Source: Candidatus Elarobacter sp. (GTDB lineage: Bacteria; Vulcanimicrobiota; Vulcanimicrobiia; Vulcanimicrobiales; Vulcanimicrobiaceae). From it: DNA of 64,000 bases. Made by a program: the position numbers and the translations under genes. Position 1 is the first letter of the stretch. Every line of letters starts with the position of its first letter. Under the pieces are notes generated by a model. That model did no database searches and was not told the DNA's origin. It worked only from the letters and a program-made list of their open reading frames with translations. Below are positions 38,591 through 48,310 of the stretch, piece after piece. The DNA lies in assembly GCA_036403315.1 (NCBI GenBank), contig DASWRD010000093.1, forward strand, positions 1,514-65,513. The letters are read 5' to 3'.

Positions 38591-39211
38591 ATGCTCGAAG
38601 ACCACGGGGCCGTGCTGAGCCGTCTCTTTGCACAGCCCTTTACCTCCGCGTTTCTCGGCGCCGTGCTAGAGCACGATTACGAGACGCACCGCCACATGCT
38701 CAACGTCGGATTGTTGTGCGCCCGCGTTGCGATCACCGCGGGGCTGTCGCGCGACGAAGCCGTCGTGCTCGGACAAGCGGGACTCTTTCACGACGTCGGC
38801 AAGCTGCACGTTCGGGCGACGCTGCTCAACGCGCGCTACTCGCTCAGCGAAGCCGAGTGGCGCATCCTGCGCGCGCACGCCGCGCGCGGCGAACAGATGC
38901 TGCGCGCGCAAGACGCGCACGGCATCGCGGAGATCGTGCGCGGTCATCACGAGCGGCTCGACGGTTCGGGCTATCCGGACGGCTTGCGCGGTCTGTCGAT
39001 CTCCTGGGAGACGCGCCTGCTCGCCGTGGTCGACGCGTACGACGCGATGCGCTCCGGGCGTCCGTACGCCGTCGCGGTCTCGCACGACGAGGCGCTGGAC
39101 CGTCTGGCGGCGGCGCGCACCTTGTTCGATCCCGACGCCGTCGACGTACTCGTCGCGACGCTCGGAACCGATCGCCGTCCGCGGCTAAAGGCCGTCGCGC
39201 CGATTTCCTGA
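38591..39211 (+). CDS. stand-alone HD-GYP domain phosphodiesterase
   Basis: FHDVGK, HHERLDGSGYPDGL, VDAYDAM...RPY. Confidence 0.88.
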   Translation: MLEDHGAVLSRLFAQPFTSAFLGAVLEHDYETHRHMLNVGLLCARVAITAGLSRDEAVVLGQAGLFHDVGKLHVRATLLNARYSLSEAEWRILRAHAARGEQMLRAQDAHGIAEIVRGHHERLDGSGYPDGLRGLSISWETRLLAVVDAYDAMRSGRPYAVAVSHDEALDRLAAARTLFDPDAVDVLVATLGTDRRPRLKAVAPIS

Positions 39212-39222
39212 ATTCGTGGCGC

Positions 39223-39996
39223 GTGCCGACGTACCGGCTCGTCATCGAATACGACGGGAGCGCGTTCCACGGATTGCAGTTCCAGCCCGGGCTGCGCACC
39301 ATCGCCGGTGCGCTCGAAGACGCGCTCGCGCGCCTTTTTCACGAGCCCGCGAAGATCACGGCCGCGGGGCGCACCGACGCCGGCGTGCACGCGAGCGGAC
39401 AAGTCGTCTCGTTCTCGACCGCGCGTGACTTTCCGATCGAGCGCCTCGCGCTCGCGCTCAACGCGAACACTCCCGCGGATCTCGTCGTGCGCGACGCGGC
39501 GATCGCCGGCGACCGTTTCTCCGCGCGCTTCGATGCGCGCGAGCGCGTGTACGACTATTTGATCCTCAACCGCGGCTTTCCGTCGGCGCTGTGGCGTGCG
39601 CGCGCGTGGCACGTGCCGCGCCCGATCGACGACGCGCGCTTTCTCACCGCGGCGCAGCCGCTGCTGGGGGAGCACGATTTCAGCACGTTCTGCGGCGAGC
39701 TCCCCGACCGTGGCGGGACCGTGCGCGACTTGCGCGCGATCGCGCTGACGCGCCGCGACGATCTCGTGCGCGTCACCGTGCGCGGCAACGCGTTCCTGCA
39801 CCGCATGGTGCGCGTGGTGGTCGGCACGCTGGTCGCGTGCGCGACGGGCGACCGCGACGCCGATTTCGCGGAGCGTGCGCTCGAGGCGCGGGACCGCACC
39901 GCCGCGGGCCCGACCGCGCCGGCGCACGGGCTCTACCTCGCGGGTGTGCGCTACGACGACTACGACTCGTACCGCCCCGCGGACGTCGCGCCCTGA
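39223..39996 (+). CDS. truA: tRNA pseudouridine(38-40) synthase
   Basis: YDGS.F.G.Q.Q, AGRTDAGVHA.GQ, G.HDFS.F, FL..MVR, GPTAPA.GLYL. Confidence 0.96.
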   Translation: MPTYRLVIEYDGSAFHGLQFQPGLRTIAGALEDALARLFHEPAKITAAGRTDAGVHASGQVVSFSTARDFPIERLALALNANTPADLVVRDAAIAGDRFSARFDARERVYDYLILNRGFPSALWRARAWHVPRPIDDARFLTAAQPLLGEHDFSTFCGELPDRGGTVRDLRAIALTRRDDLVRVTVRGNAFLHRMVRVVVGTLVACATGDRDADFAERALEARDRTAAGPTAPAHGLYLAGVRYDDYDSYRPADVAP

Positions 39997-40038
39997 CTCG
40001 ACCGGCCGCTTGCTCGCGCACGGGGGACGGATCTGCGG

Positions 40039-40068
40039 TTGACGGCGGTCCTCACCGCAACGTATACT
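40039..40068 (+). promoter_or_regulatory. sigma70 promoter of rplM-rpsI
   Basis: TTGACG-18 nt-TATACT. Confidence 0.7.
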
Positions 40069-40144
40069 GCGTAGGTTGCCGTGGCGTCGCCGCGGCGTTT
40101 CTTGCTTGCCCTGAACCCTGTCGAAGGGTTCGCCAAACGGACCC

Positions 40145-40570
40145 ATGCGCACATATCAGCAGAAGACGGCCGAGACCCAGCACGACTGGTACATCGTGGA
40201 CGCGACCGGGCACCGGCTCGGTACGCTCGCGGTGAAGATTGCGCGCGCCTTGTCCGGCCGCACCAAGCCGACCTGGACCCCGCACATCGACGACGGCGAC
40301 CACGTGGTCGTGATCAACGCGGAAAAGGTCGAGCTCGCGCCGCGCAAGTGGACCCAAAAGGTCTACCACCGCCACTCCGGCTACCCGGGCGGTCTGCGGA
40401 CCGAGACGGCGGGGCAAGTGCGCGACAAGTACCCGGAGCGCCTCATCGAGCGCGCCGTCCGCGGGATGCTGGCGACCAACCGCATGCGCGACGTCCAGCT
40501 CGGCCGGCTCAACGTCTATGCCGGCCCCGAACATCCGCACGCCGCACAGAAGCCGGAGCCTCTCGCCTAA
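40145..40570 (+). CDS. rplM: 50S ribosomal protein L13
   Basis: WYIVDA, KP.WTPH.D.GD.VVVINA, HSGYPGG, AVRGML, HPHAAQ.P. Confidence 0.98.
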   Translation: MRTYQQKTAETQHDWYIVDATGHRLGTLAVKIARALSGRTKPTWTPHIDDGDHVVVINAEKVELAPRKWTQKVYHRHSGYPGGLRTETAGQVRDKYPERLIERAVRGMLATNRMRDVQLGRLNVYAGPEHPHAAQKPEPLA

Positions 40571-40966
40571 ATGCAGCCTCAGGAAATCTTTCAGGGCACC
40601 GGCCGCCGCAAGCGCGGCATCGCCCGCGTCCGGCTCACGCTCGGCCAGGGCGTCATCACCGTCAACAAGCGGCCCGTGGACGAGTACTTCCCGCGGCCCA
40701 CGCTGCAGATGATCGTGCGCCAGCCGCTCGACGTCACGCAGTCGCTGTCGCGGTTCAACGTCGACGTCAAGTGCGAAGGCGGCGGAGTCTCCGGGCAGGC
40801 CGGCGCCGTGCGGCACGGCATCGCTCGGGCGCTGCTCGAGATGGACGAGTCGCTTCGGGAGCCGTTGCGGCGGAACGGGCTTCTGACTCGCGATCCGCGT
40901 GAGAAAGAATCCAAGAAGTACGGGCGCAAGAAGGCTCGGAAGCGGTTCCAGTTCTCTAAGCGCTAG
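40571..40966 (+). CDS. rpsI: 30S ribosomal protein S9
   Basis: [39 protein letters not shown]. Confidence 0.98.
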   Translation: MQPQEIFQGTGRRKRGIARVRLTLGQGVITVNKRPVDEYFPRPTLQMIVRQPLDVTQSLSRFNVDVKCEGGGVSGQAGAVRHGIARALLEMDESLREPLRRNGLLTRDPREKESKKYGRKKARKRFQFSKR

Positions 40967-40982
40967 GACCATCGTGGCGGTG

Positions 40983-41029
40983 TTGCGGCGGCGCGACATC
41001 CCCTCCGCGGGGACGTCGCGCCGCCGCAA
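40983..41029. terminator. long hairpin between convergent genes
   Basis: TTGCGGCGGCGCGACATCCCC / GGGGACGTCGCGCCGCCGCAA, ~21-bp stem with one mismatch; no clear U-tract. Confidence 0.55.
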
Positions 41030-41046
41030 ACACAGGCACGCTGGGC

Positions 41047-41946
41047 TTATGGGTTGCCGGGGGCTGGTTCTTCGGTGTCGTCTTTCTTTTTGGCGTTGTG
41101 GACGACATACCACGGTCCGTCCGGTGAGGCGCCGACGAGGTAGGTGCGTGCGCTCGTCGTGAAGTTGTAGACCGTTTCGGCGGAGCCCGACGGCGTGGGC
41201 TCGGGCGCCGTGCGCCACGTGGGGGCCTGGCCGTCGTATGCGCGCAGCGCGGTGGTTCCCGGGATGAACCGGTCGGTGCGCAGGAAGCCCGCTGCGTCGC
41301 CGCCGTCCTTGACGCCCCAACGGTGGACCGCCGTGGTCAGGACGCCGTCAACGTCGAGCAGTTCGTGACCGCCGTCGTGGCGGAGGAGGCGCTCGATGCG
41401 GGCCGTTCGCGCGACCGGTGCGCTCTGCTCGGCGTGATCGCGTTCCGCGATCGCGAGGATGGCGTCGCCGACGCCGATCTGCTCGATCGTGCGCGCCGTG
41501 CCGTCGGCCATCAGGACGTGCGTTCCGGCCGCGAAGCAGCCGCCCGCGCCCCAGCCGTCACCGCTCGGCGCGTCGGGGCTGTCGCCCGTCGACGGCTTTT
41601 CTCCATCACCACTGTTCGGTGACGGGCCGTGCTCGACGTAATGCGGGGCCTTCGTAAGCTTGACGTGCACGTCGGCGGCGTTGCTGTGCACGGTGAGGTT
41701 CCCGTGCCCGGCCAGGTGGTGGTTGAACGAACCGAGGTCGACTTCGACCGTGTGGTTCGCACCCTTTTTCACAACGAAGTTCGTCGGCGCCTTGACGTGG
41801 AAGTACGTCGGATTCGGGCCCGTGACCGGGATCGACGTCACGTGGGCGTCGACGTTTCCTGCGTTGTGCAGGACGAACGTCAGCTTCACGTCTTCGTCGA
41901 ATACCAATGACGCGACGTTCGCTTTCAAAAGCGGTGTGTTCGGCAC
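41047..41946 (-). CDS. Ig-like domain + Hint (intein-like) domain protein
   Basis: GAGGAG RBS; Hint start G|CFAAGT.VLMADG, TT..H, VYNF, C-terminal VHN followed by a short tail. Confidence 0.85.
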   Translation of the reverse strand: MPNTPLLKANVASLVFDEDVKLTFVLHNAGNVDAHVTSIPVTGPNPTYFHVKAPTNFVVKKGANHTVEVDLGSFNHHLAGHGNLTVHSNAADVHVKLTKAPHYVEHGPSPNSGDGEKPSTGDSPDAPSGDGWGAGGCFAAGTHVLMADGTARTIEQIGVGDAILAIAERDHAEQSAPVARTARIERLLRHDGGHELLDVDGVLTTAVHRWGVKDGGDAAGFLRTDRFIPGTTALRAYDGQAPTWRTAPEPTPSGSAETVYNFTTSARTYLVGASPDGPWYVVHNAKKKDDTEEPAPGNP

Positions 41947-42070
41947 GATGAAATCTCCTCGTTTCGAGTGCGGCGCTGCGCCGCTTCTCGGAAGTTCACC
42001 ACGACCGGCTTTCCGCTCGCTTACACGGCCTTACTCACCGCTTACGCCGATTGCGTTACGGCCGGCGGGT

Positions 42071-42325
42071 TTACGTGATGTGTTGGAACGTCGGGGCCGT
42101 TGGGCAGCCGCCGTGGGCTGCGCACCAGGCCGGCAGGGCAGCGGGGCTCATCGCCATTGCGCCGATCGCGCTGAGGCTCAGGATCACGCCGGCGGCGAGC
42201 GCGATGACGCCCGCCATACCGTTGCGCTCTTCGGGGCGGTCTTCTTTGCGGCGGGCGTTTTCGGCGATCGCCAAGGCGGCGGCGACCGGGTCGGGGGCGG
42301 TGGCGGCGTTCGCGTGCGTCATCAT
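42071..42325 (-). CDS. small membrane protein
   Basis: 84 aa with one hydrophobic helix and a C-terminal Cys pair. Confidence 0.5.
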   Translation of the reverse strand: MMTHANAATAPDPVAAALAIAENARRKEDRPEERNGMAGVIALAAGVILSLSAIGAMAMSPAALPAWCAAHGGCPTAPTFQHIT

Positions 42326-42377
42326 GGGCGTATGCTAGCGCCGGGCGGCGTTGCGGGCCGTCCGTAGTTCTACGGAA

Positions 42378-44102
42378 TTATGTGATCGCGAAGATCGTGA
42401 CCGGGTCGGCTTTGCCGCGGATCTTGGCGATCAGTTTTTCGGCCGGGGGCGCTTCGCGGACGCGCATGTAGGTGCGGTCGTCGGCGTAGGTGCGGCCTGG
42501 CGGGGCGGCGCCTTGCAGGCGGCTTGCGAGGTTGGCCGCGTCGCCGATCACCGTGTAGTCCATGCGTTTGGGGCTGCCGATGTGGCCGGCGACGACTTCC
42601 CCCGTGGCAAGGCCGATCGACAGCTGCAGCTGTTTGCCGTCGGCTTGGATCGTTGCGGCGGCGCGGTGCAAGGCTTCCGCGACGGCGAGTGCGCGTTTTG
42701 CATCGTCGTCGCGGACGCGCGGCGGGCCGAACACCACCATCAGGCCGTCGCCGTAGAATTTGTCGAGCAGGCCGTCGTGCTCGAACACGATTTGGACGGC
42801 GGCGCTGAAGAACTGGTTGAGGATCTCGACGACGCGTTCGGCGTCGAGCCGGTCGGCGAGCTCCGTGAAGCCCACGATGTCGGCGAACAGGATCGTGGCG
42901 GTTGCGCGCTCGCCGCCGAGCGCGACGCCGCCGGGGGAGCGCATCAGCTGCTCGACGACGTGCGGCGCGAGGTAGCGCGCGAACGCGTCGCGGATCGCGC
43001 GGCGCTGCTCGACGTCGGCCGCGTGCAGGCGTTCCAGCTTGCGGCGTTCGGTGAGGTCGGTGACGGCGATCGCCCAGCCGTGCGTCTCGCTGTTGTCCGG
43101 AAGATCGACCGGGGCGACGCGCACTTCCAGCGCCAGCGTTCCGCGGGTGGGATGTCGCGCTTCGACCTCCGCGGGTTCGGACACCAGCGTCTTGTCCGCG
43201 AGCAGTATCGTGATGCCGGGGATCAGCGCTTCGAGCGCACGGGCCGGCTTGCCGATCATGGTGTCGCCTTGGACGCCGAACGTTTGGGCGGCCGCGTCGT
43301 TGAAGCTTGCGATGATCGCGCGTCCGTCGACCGTGATCACGCCGTTGGTGATCGATGCGAGCACGCGCGCTTGGAGTTGTTCCAAGCGGCTGATCTCGAC
43401 GACTTGCGCGCGCAGCGCGTCGAACAGGCGCGCGTTCTCGATCGCGAGCGCCGCTTGGTTGGCGAACGCGGTGAGCAGGTCGGGGTCGTGCGGGGAGAAC
43501 AGGCCCGGTGCGACACGCGAGTCGAGGTAGACCACGCCGATCGTGCGGGCTTTGATCGCGAGCGGCACGCAGATGATCGAACGGAGGCGCAGCGCGCGCA
43601 CCGATAGATTGATGTTGAAACGGGGATCTTGCTGCGCGTCGGTGGTGACGATGGGCTCCCCCGTTTCGAACACGCGGCGCACCGTCGTCTGCGATGGGCG
43701 CATGTCGTCGCCCTCGATGGTCGCGCGGTCGATCCCGTACGTCGTCGTGAGCTCCAGCTTGCCGTTCGCGTCGGCGATCATCAGGAAGCCGCGCTCGGCT
43801 TTCATCACCTCGACGGCGGTGTCGAGCACGCGGCGCAGCACGACGTCGAGCTCGAGCGACGAGTTGACGGTCTCCGCGACGCGGCCGAGCGTGCGCAGCT
43901 TGCTGAGCTCGGTCTCGGCCTTGCTCGCGGATGCGGCGAGCCGGCTCTGCAGTGACGCGCGCTCCAGCGCGAGCTTCTCGTAGGCGCGCTCGGCGCCGGC
44001 GACCGCCGCGACGAGCGCGGCGTCGCCCACGGCGTTGGCGCGCGCCCGGAGCACCGCGAGCGCGTCGGCGCCGGGCTGCGAGGCGTTCAGCGCGTCGGAC
44101 AC
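42378..44102 (-). CDS. GAF-PAS class III adenylate/guanylate cyclase
   Basis: GAF (SIICVPL, GVVYLD, NQAALAIENARL), PAS, ILFADIVGFT, DKFYGDGLM, YTVIGDAANLASRL (K/D specificity suggests ATP). Confidence 0.93.
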   Translation of the reverse strand: MSDALNASQPGADALAVLRARANAVGDAALVAAVAGAERAYEKLALERASLQSRLAASASKAETELSKLRTLGRVAETVNSSLELDVVLRRVLDTAVEVMKAERGFLMIADANGKLELTTTYGIDRATIEGDDMRPSQTTVRRVFETGEPIVTTDAQQDPRFNINLSVRALRLRSIICVPLAIKARTIGVVYLDSRVAPGLFSPHDPDLLTAFANQAALAIENARLFDALRAQVVEISRLEQLQARVLASITNGVITVDGRAIIASFNDAAAQTFGVQGDTMIGKPARALEALIPGITILLADKTLVSEPAEVEARHPTRGTLALEVRVAPVDLPDNSETHGWAIAVTDLTERRKLERLHAADVEQRRAIRDAFARYLAPHVVEQLMRSPGGVALGGERATATILFADIVGFTELADRLDAERVVEILNQFFSAAVQIVFEHDGLLDKFYGDGLMVVFGPPRVRDDDAKRALAVAEALHRAAATIQADGKQLQLSIGLATGEVVAGHIGSPKRMDYTVIGDAANLASRLQGAAPPGRTYADDRTYMRVREAPPAEKLIAKIRGKADPVTIFAIT

Positions 44103-44227
44103 AGGGAGGAGGCAGCCAGCACCCCGCGTGGTTCCGCACGCCGCGGCGGCGTTCCGCCCCGCGCCGCGAACTCTCCCGGACACGGGACGGAAACGCCGCG
44201 GTCACATCGATCCGCGATGATCTCGCC

Positions 44228-44419
44228 ATGGCGATCGATTTTACGGGACCGACCGAAGCCGCCGCGCTGGCCGCGCGCGACCGGCTCGACCTCGCGGCGA
44301 AGCTTCCGGCGAACGACGAGCGCAGCGCCGCACGCGTCGCGCGGTCCGCGCTCTTCGAAGAGGCGCTGCTCGGCGCGCTCAAGTCGCGGCTCGCGGAGCT
44401 GCGCACGGTGGCGCGATGA
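44228..44419 (+). CDS. truncated FlgB-like basal-body rod protein
   Basis: 63 aa, coupled to flgC; only the C-terminal helix (L..RL..LR.V) is recognisable. Call is largely positional. Confidence 0.45.
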   Translation: MAIDFTGPTEAAALAARDRLDLAAKLPANDERSAARVARSALFEEALLGALKSRLAELRTVAR

Positions 44420-44805
44420 GCGAGTTCGACGTGCTCTCCGTCGCCGCCGACGGCATGAGCGTGCAGCGCGCGCTGCTGGACGTGGCGGCGCGCAACGTCG
44501 CGGCGGCGCAGGCGTCGACGCCGGAGCATCCGTATCCGCGGCTCGTCGCGCGCTTTGCCGCGCCCGAAGCGGATGACGGTTTCGACGCGGTGGCCGGCGA
44601 CGGCGAGCCGCGCGATGACGGCGAGCCCGCCGGCGACGTGAGCTTCACGCGCTTCGCCGGCACCGCGCGCGCCGGGGACGCGGCCGACTCGCTCACGGAG
44701 ATGATCGCGGTGCTCGACGCGCAGCGCGCGTACGAGGCGAACGCGAGCGTGTTCGACGTCGGCAAGAAGCTCGCGGAGCGGACGCTCGACGTGGGGCGGT
44801 TCTGA
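44416..44805 (+). CDS. flgC: FlgC-like basal-body rod protein
   Basis: A.GM..QR..LDV.A.NVA, PY, EM...DAQRAYEAN. Confidence 0.82.
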   Translation: MSEFDVLSVAADGMSVQRALLDVAARNVAAAQASTPEHPYPRLVARFAAPEADDGFDAVAGDGEPRDDGEPAGDVSFTRFAGTARAGDAADSLTEMIAVLDAQRAYEANASVFDVGKKLAERTLDVGRF

Positions 44806-45095
44806 TGCGCGTCGACGTGCTCGTTCCCGATGGGCCGATTGGGCCGCAGCCGCTTGCGCCGAGCGGGAGGGCGTCGGCGCGTGCGGACGGTGATGCGTTC
44901 GCGCGGCTCGTCGATGCGGCGGGCTCGATCCTTGACGGGGCGGACCGTGCCGAGGCGGCGTTTACCGCGCATCGCGGCGGGCTGCAGGAGATGGTCGTCG
45001 AGCGCGCGCGGGCCGATATCGCGCTGCAGGTCGCGGCGACGGCGGCGCAGCGCGCGGCGCAGTCGGTTTCGACGCTGCTCGGGATGCAGATCTAG
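44805..45095 (+). CDS. fliE: FliE-like protein
   Basis: F..LV, EMVV...RADIALQ, terminal MQI; position between flgC and fliF. Confidence 0.78.
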   Translation: MRVDVLVPDGPIGPQPLAPSGRASARADGDAFARLVDAAGSILDGADRAEAAFTAHRGGLQEMVVERARADIALQVAATAAQRAAQSVSTLLGMQI

Positions 45096-46558
45096 TGGAC
45101 GGAGTTTCCGCGCTGGCGCGCATGCGTTCGCTTTCGCCGCGCGCGCGGCTCGTTGCCGTGTGCGCGTTCCTCGCGCTTGCGGCGGTCGGCGTCTTCGGGT
45201 TCGTGGTGTCGCGCGATACGCGCGTCGTGCTGTTTGCGACGCCGCTGCGTGGGGACCAGCTCGCGGAGGTCGAGCAGCGGCTTGCGGCGTGGAACGCGCC
45301 GCATGCGACCACGACCGACAACGTGCGGGTCGACCGCGCGCGGCGCGGCGAGCTGCTGCTGCGGCTTTCGCTCGCGGGCGTTCCGCACGCGCATCTTGCC
45401 GGCAGCGACGAGGCGCTGGCGCACGTCGGTGCGCTGACGCCGCAAGCCGTGCTCGAGGCGCAGACGCGCGACGCGCTCGCGGCCGATCTCGCGCTGGGCC
45501 TGCGGGGTTTGGACGGCATCGCCGATGCGCGGGTCGTGATCGCGCCGTCGAGCGGCGGCGTGTACGCCGACGAGCCGCGGCGCGATGCGAGCGCGAGCGT
45601 CCGCATTACGCTCGCGCCGGGCGCCCGTCTCGCGGCGCGCACGGTGGCGGGGATCAAGGCGTTCGTGGCGGGCGGCGTGCCCGCGCTCGACGCCGAGCGG
45701 GTAACGGTGCTCGACGACCGGGGGCTCGCGCTCGATGCCGACGGCGGCGACGACGCGGGCGACGTGCAGACGGCGCTGCAGAGCGCGCTCGACGGCGCGT
45801 TCGGCGCGGGCGCGACGATCGTGCGCGTCCACCGCGAGCGCCTCGGCGAGCGGCGCGACGTGCGCGACGTGCACCGCGCGGCCGTCGACGGCAGCATCGC
45901 GCGCACGACGACGGACGAGCACTACACGTCGAAGGCGAAGAAGTACTCGAAGTCGAGCGCGACGGAAGATCGCGGCAGCACGACCCGCGAGGAACACCGC
46001 GTCGTCGCGCCCGATGCGACGGCACGTTTGACGGTCGCGGTGTTCGTCGATGCGGCGCGGCGGCTCGACTTGGCGAAGATCCGCGCGCTTGCAGCGGCCG
46101 CCGCCGGGATCCGTTCCGATCGGGGCGATGCGCTCAGCGTCGAAGCGGTCGCGTTCCGTGACGGTGCGGCGCCGGCGGTGCGCGGTGCGCGCGCGCCGGG
46201 ATGGCTGCTCGCGATCGCGAGCGTCGTGCCGCAAGTGCTGACCGCGCTTGCGCTCGTCGCGGCCGTCGCGTTCGGCGCGCGTCCGCTCGCGGCGGCCGCG
46301 GTGCGCGTGCTCGAGTCGGCATCCGCGCGGCGCGCCGCGCGCGACGTCGCCGGCATCCCGCCCGCGCGCGTGCGCGGCGCGCTCGACGGCGAGCCGCCGC
46401 ACGTCGCCGCCGCGATCATCTCGGCCTTGCCGACGGCGACTGCGGCGGCGGTGCTGGAACTGTATCCGCCCGAGGAGCGTGGTGCGATCGTCCGCCGGCT
46501 CGCGCGCTCAAATGCGTCGCTGGTGCCGCCGCCGGAGGAATTGATCCGTGGCCGCTGA
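45095..46558 (+). CDS. fliF: FliF MS-ring protein fused to a FliG middle-domain-like segment
   Basis: N-terminal TM, DARV.I, ASASV.I.L, VAGGVP.L...VTVLD.RG, RLTVAV.VD, AAG....RGD.LSV, second TM, then EPPHVAAAIISAL...AAAVLELYP.EERG.IVRRLA. Confidence 0.8.
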   Translation: MDGVSALARMRSLSPRARLVAVCAFLALAAVGVFGFVVSRDTRVVLFATPLRGDQLAEVEQRLAAWNAPHATTTDNVRVDRARRGELLLRLSLAGVPHAHLAGSDEALAHVGALTPQAVLEAQTRDALAADLALGLRGLDGIADARVVIAPSSGGVYADEPRRDASASVRITLAPGARLAARTVAGIKAFVAGGVPALDAERVTVLDDRGLALDADGGDDAGDVQTALQSALDGAFGAGATIVRVHRERLGERRDVRDVHRAAVDGSIARTTTDEHYTSKAKKYSKSSATEDRGSTTREEHRVVAPDATARLTVAVFVDAARRLDLAKIRALAAAAAGIRSDRGDALSVEAVAFRDGAAPAVRGARAPGWLLAIASVVPQVLTALALVAAVAFGARPLAAAAVRVLESASARRAARDVAGIPPARVRGALDGEPPHVAAAIISALPTATAAAVLELYPPEERGAIVRRLARSNASLVPPPEELIRGR

Positions 46559-47072
46559 GTTCGTCGCGCTCGCCGATTTGCTGCGCGCGCCCGCGGCAAA
46601 CGTACCACCGCAAGAGATCGCGGCGGAACGGGATATCTGCCAACTTGAACGTAGTACCGAGACGGCGCATGTCGATACGGTGCGCGAGGCCGTGCGCGAC
46701 GCCGTGCGCGATGCGCGGCTCTTTCGCGCGCGGCTCGCCGATGCGTTCGACGACACCGCGGCGCGGCTGCTGCGAGAGCTCGCGACTGACGTGCTTGCGC
46801 GCGAGCTGCGACTTGCGCCATGCGATCTCGCCGTGATCGTGCGCCGCGCCGCCGAACGCGCGCCCGTCGTGCGCGTGCGCGTCGCACCGGGCGACGTTGC
46901 ATGCGCCGCGCACGGTCCACGTGCACTCGCCGGCGGCACGCTGATCGGCGACATTCCTTTCGTCGCCGATTCCGTGCTAGGGCCCGGCGACGCGATCGTC
47001 GAGCTGGAAGGCGGCGCGCTCGACGTGCGCTTGGGGGTACGGCTCGCCGCCGTGCTGGAGGCGTTCGCGTGA
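46548..47072 (+). CDS. FliH-like ATPase stator protein
   Basis: VRVRV.P.D, D..L.PGD.IVE...G.LD.R; position before the ATPase. Confidence 0.72.
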   Translation: MAAEFVALADLLRAPAANVPPQEIAAERDICQLERSTETAHVDTVREAVRDAVRDARLFRARLADAFDDTAARLLRELATDVLARELRLAPCDLAVIVRRAAERAPVVRVRVAPGDVACAAHGPRALAGGTLIGDIPFVADSVLGPGDAIVELEGGALDVRLGVRLAAVLEAFA

Positions 47073-48310
47073 TCGCGCGTGCGGTCGGTTCCGTCGTCGC
47101 GACGCGCGGCCACCTCGTCGAGGCGACGCTCCCGTTCGCGCGCGTCGGCGACGGCGTGCGGGTCTGCGCGCGCGATGTTGCCGTGAACGCGCGCGTCGCC
47201 GCGCTGCACGGCATGCGCGCGCTGCTTGCGCCGCTCGGGGCCGTCGACGGCGTCGCGGCCGGCGACCGCGTCGAATCTGATCCGTCCGTGCTGCGTTTGC
47301 CGCTCGGCACACCACTGCTCGGCCGCGCCGTCGATGCGTCCGGTGCGCCGCTCGACGGGCGTCCCGCGCCGCGCGGGCGGTGCGTCCCGGTCGAAGCGCC
47401 GCCGCACGCCGTGGCCGACCGCCGGCCGTGCGACGCCGTCTGCTGGACCGGCGTGCGCGCGATCGACGGGCCGCTCGCAATCGGCCGCGGCGCGCGCATC
47501 GGAATCTTCGGCGCGCCGGGCGCGGGGAAGTCGGCGCTGCTCGACGCGATCGTGCGCGGAACGGACGCCGATGCGTGCGTCGTCGCGCTGGTCGGCGAGC
47601 GCGGCCGGGAGGCGGAGCGGCGGCTCGCGCAGCTCGGTTCGCGCACCACCGTCGTCTGCGCGACGAGCGATCGGGCGCCGGCGGAGCGCGTGCGGGCCGC
47701 CGAGGTCGCGTTTGCCCAAGCCGGTGCGCTGCGCGCGCGCGGGCTCGACGTGCTGCTCGTGGTGGACTCGCTGGCGCGGATCTGCGCCGCGGCGCGCGAG
47801 GTGATGCTCGGGCTGGGCGAGCCGGTGGGCCGCGGCGGCTACCCGCCGGGCGTCTTCGCGCTGCTGGCGCGCCTGGTCGAACGCGCGGGTGCCGTCAGGT
47901 CCGGTAGCGTCACGCTGGTCGCCACCGTCCTGTCGGACGGCCCCGACGAGCACGACCCCGTGTCCGAAGCGGCCCGGGCCATCCTCGACGGCCACCTCGT
48001 GCTCAGCGACCGGATGGCCCGGGCCGGCCGCTTTCCGGCGATCGATCTCACGCGCAGCGCCAGCCGTACGCTGGCGGACGTCGTGTCGCCCGCGCACCTG
48101 GCGGCCGCGCGGATGCTGCGCGCGGCGGTCGCCGCGCTCGATGAGTCGCGCGACGCGCGGGCGCTCGGGTTGAGCTCGGCCGATCCGTTCCTCGCCCGGT
48201 GCGTCGCGCAGGAAAGCGCGGTGGAGCGCTTTCTTCGCCAGGGGGCGGCGCCGTCTCCACCGCACCAGACGCTCACGGAGCTCCTCCGACTCGCCGATAC
48301 CCTCCAATGA
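47069..48310 (+). CDS. fliI: FliI/SctN export ATPase
   Basis: TGVRAID, G.RIGIF, GAGKS Walker A, LVGERGRE, DSLAR, GEP...GYPP, RAILDGH.VL, FPAID. Confidence 0.9.
   Translation: MIARAVGSVVATRGHLVEATLPFARVGDGVRVCARDVAVNARVAALHGMRALLAPLGAVDGVAAGDRVESDPSVLRLPLGTPLLGRAVDASGAPLDGRPAPRGRCVPVEAPPHAVADRRPCDAVCWTGVRAIDGPLAIGRGARIGIFGAPGAGKSALLDAIVRGTDADACVVALVGERGREAERRLAQLGSRTTVVCATSDRAPAERVRAAEVAFAQAGALRARGLDVLLVVDSLARICAAAREVMLGLGEPVGRGGYPPGVFALLARLVERAGAVRSGSVTLVATVLSDGPDEHDPVSEAARAILDGHLVLSDRMARAGRFPAIDLTRSASRTLADVVSPAHLAAARMLRAAVAALDESRDARALGLSSADPFLARCVAQESAVERFLRQGAAPSPPHQTLTELLRLADTLQ

Noticed and set aside
40105-40128. REP-like motif TTGCCCTGAACCCTGTCGAAGGG in the rplM leader
   Set aside because: Only one copy seen in the window; cannot distinguish a REP from leader structure.
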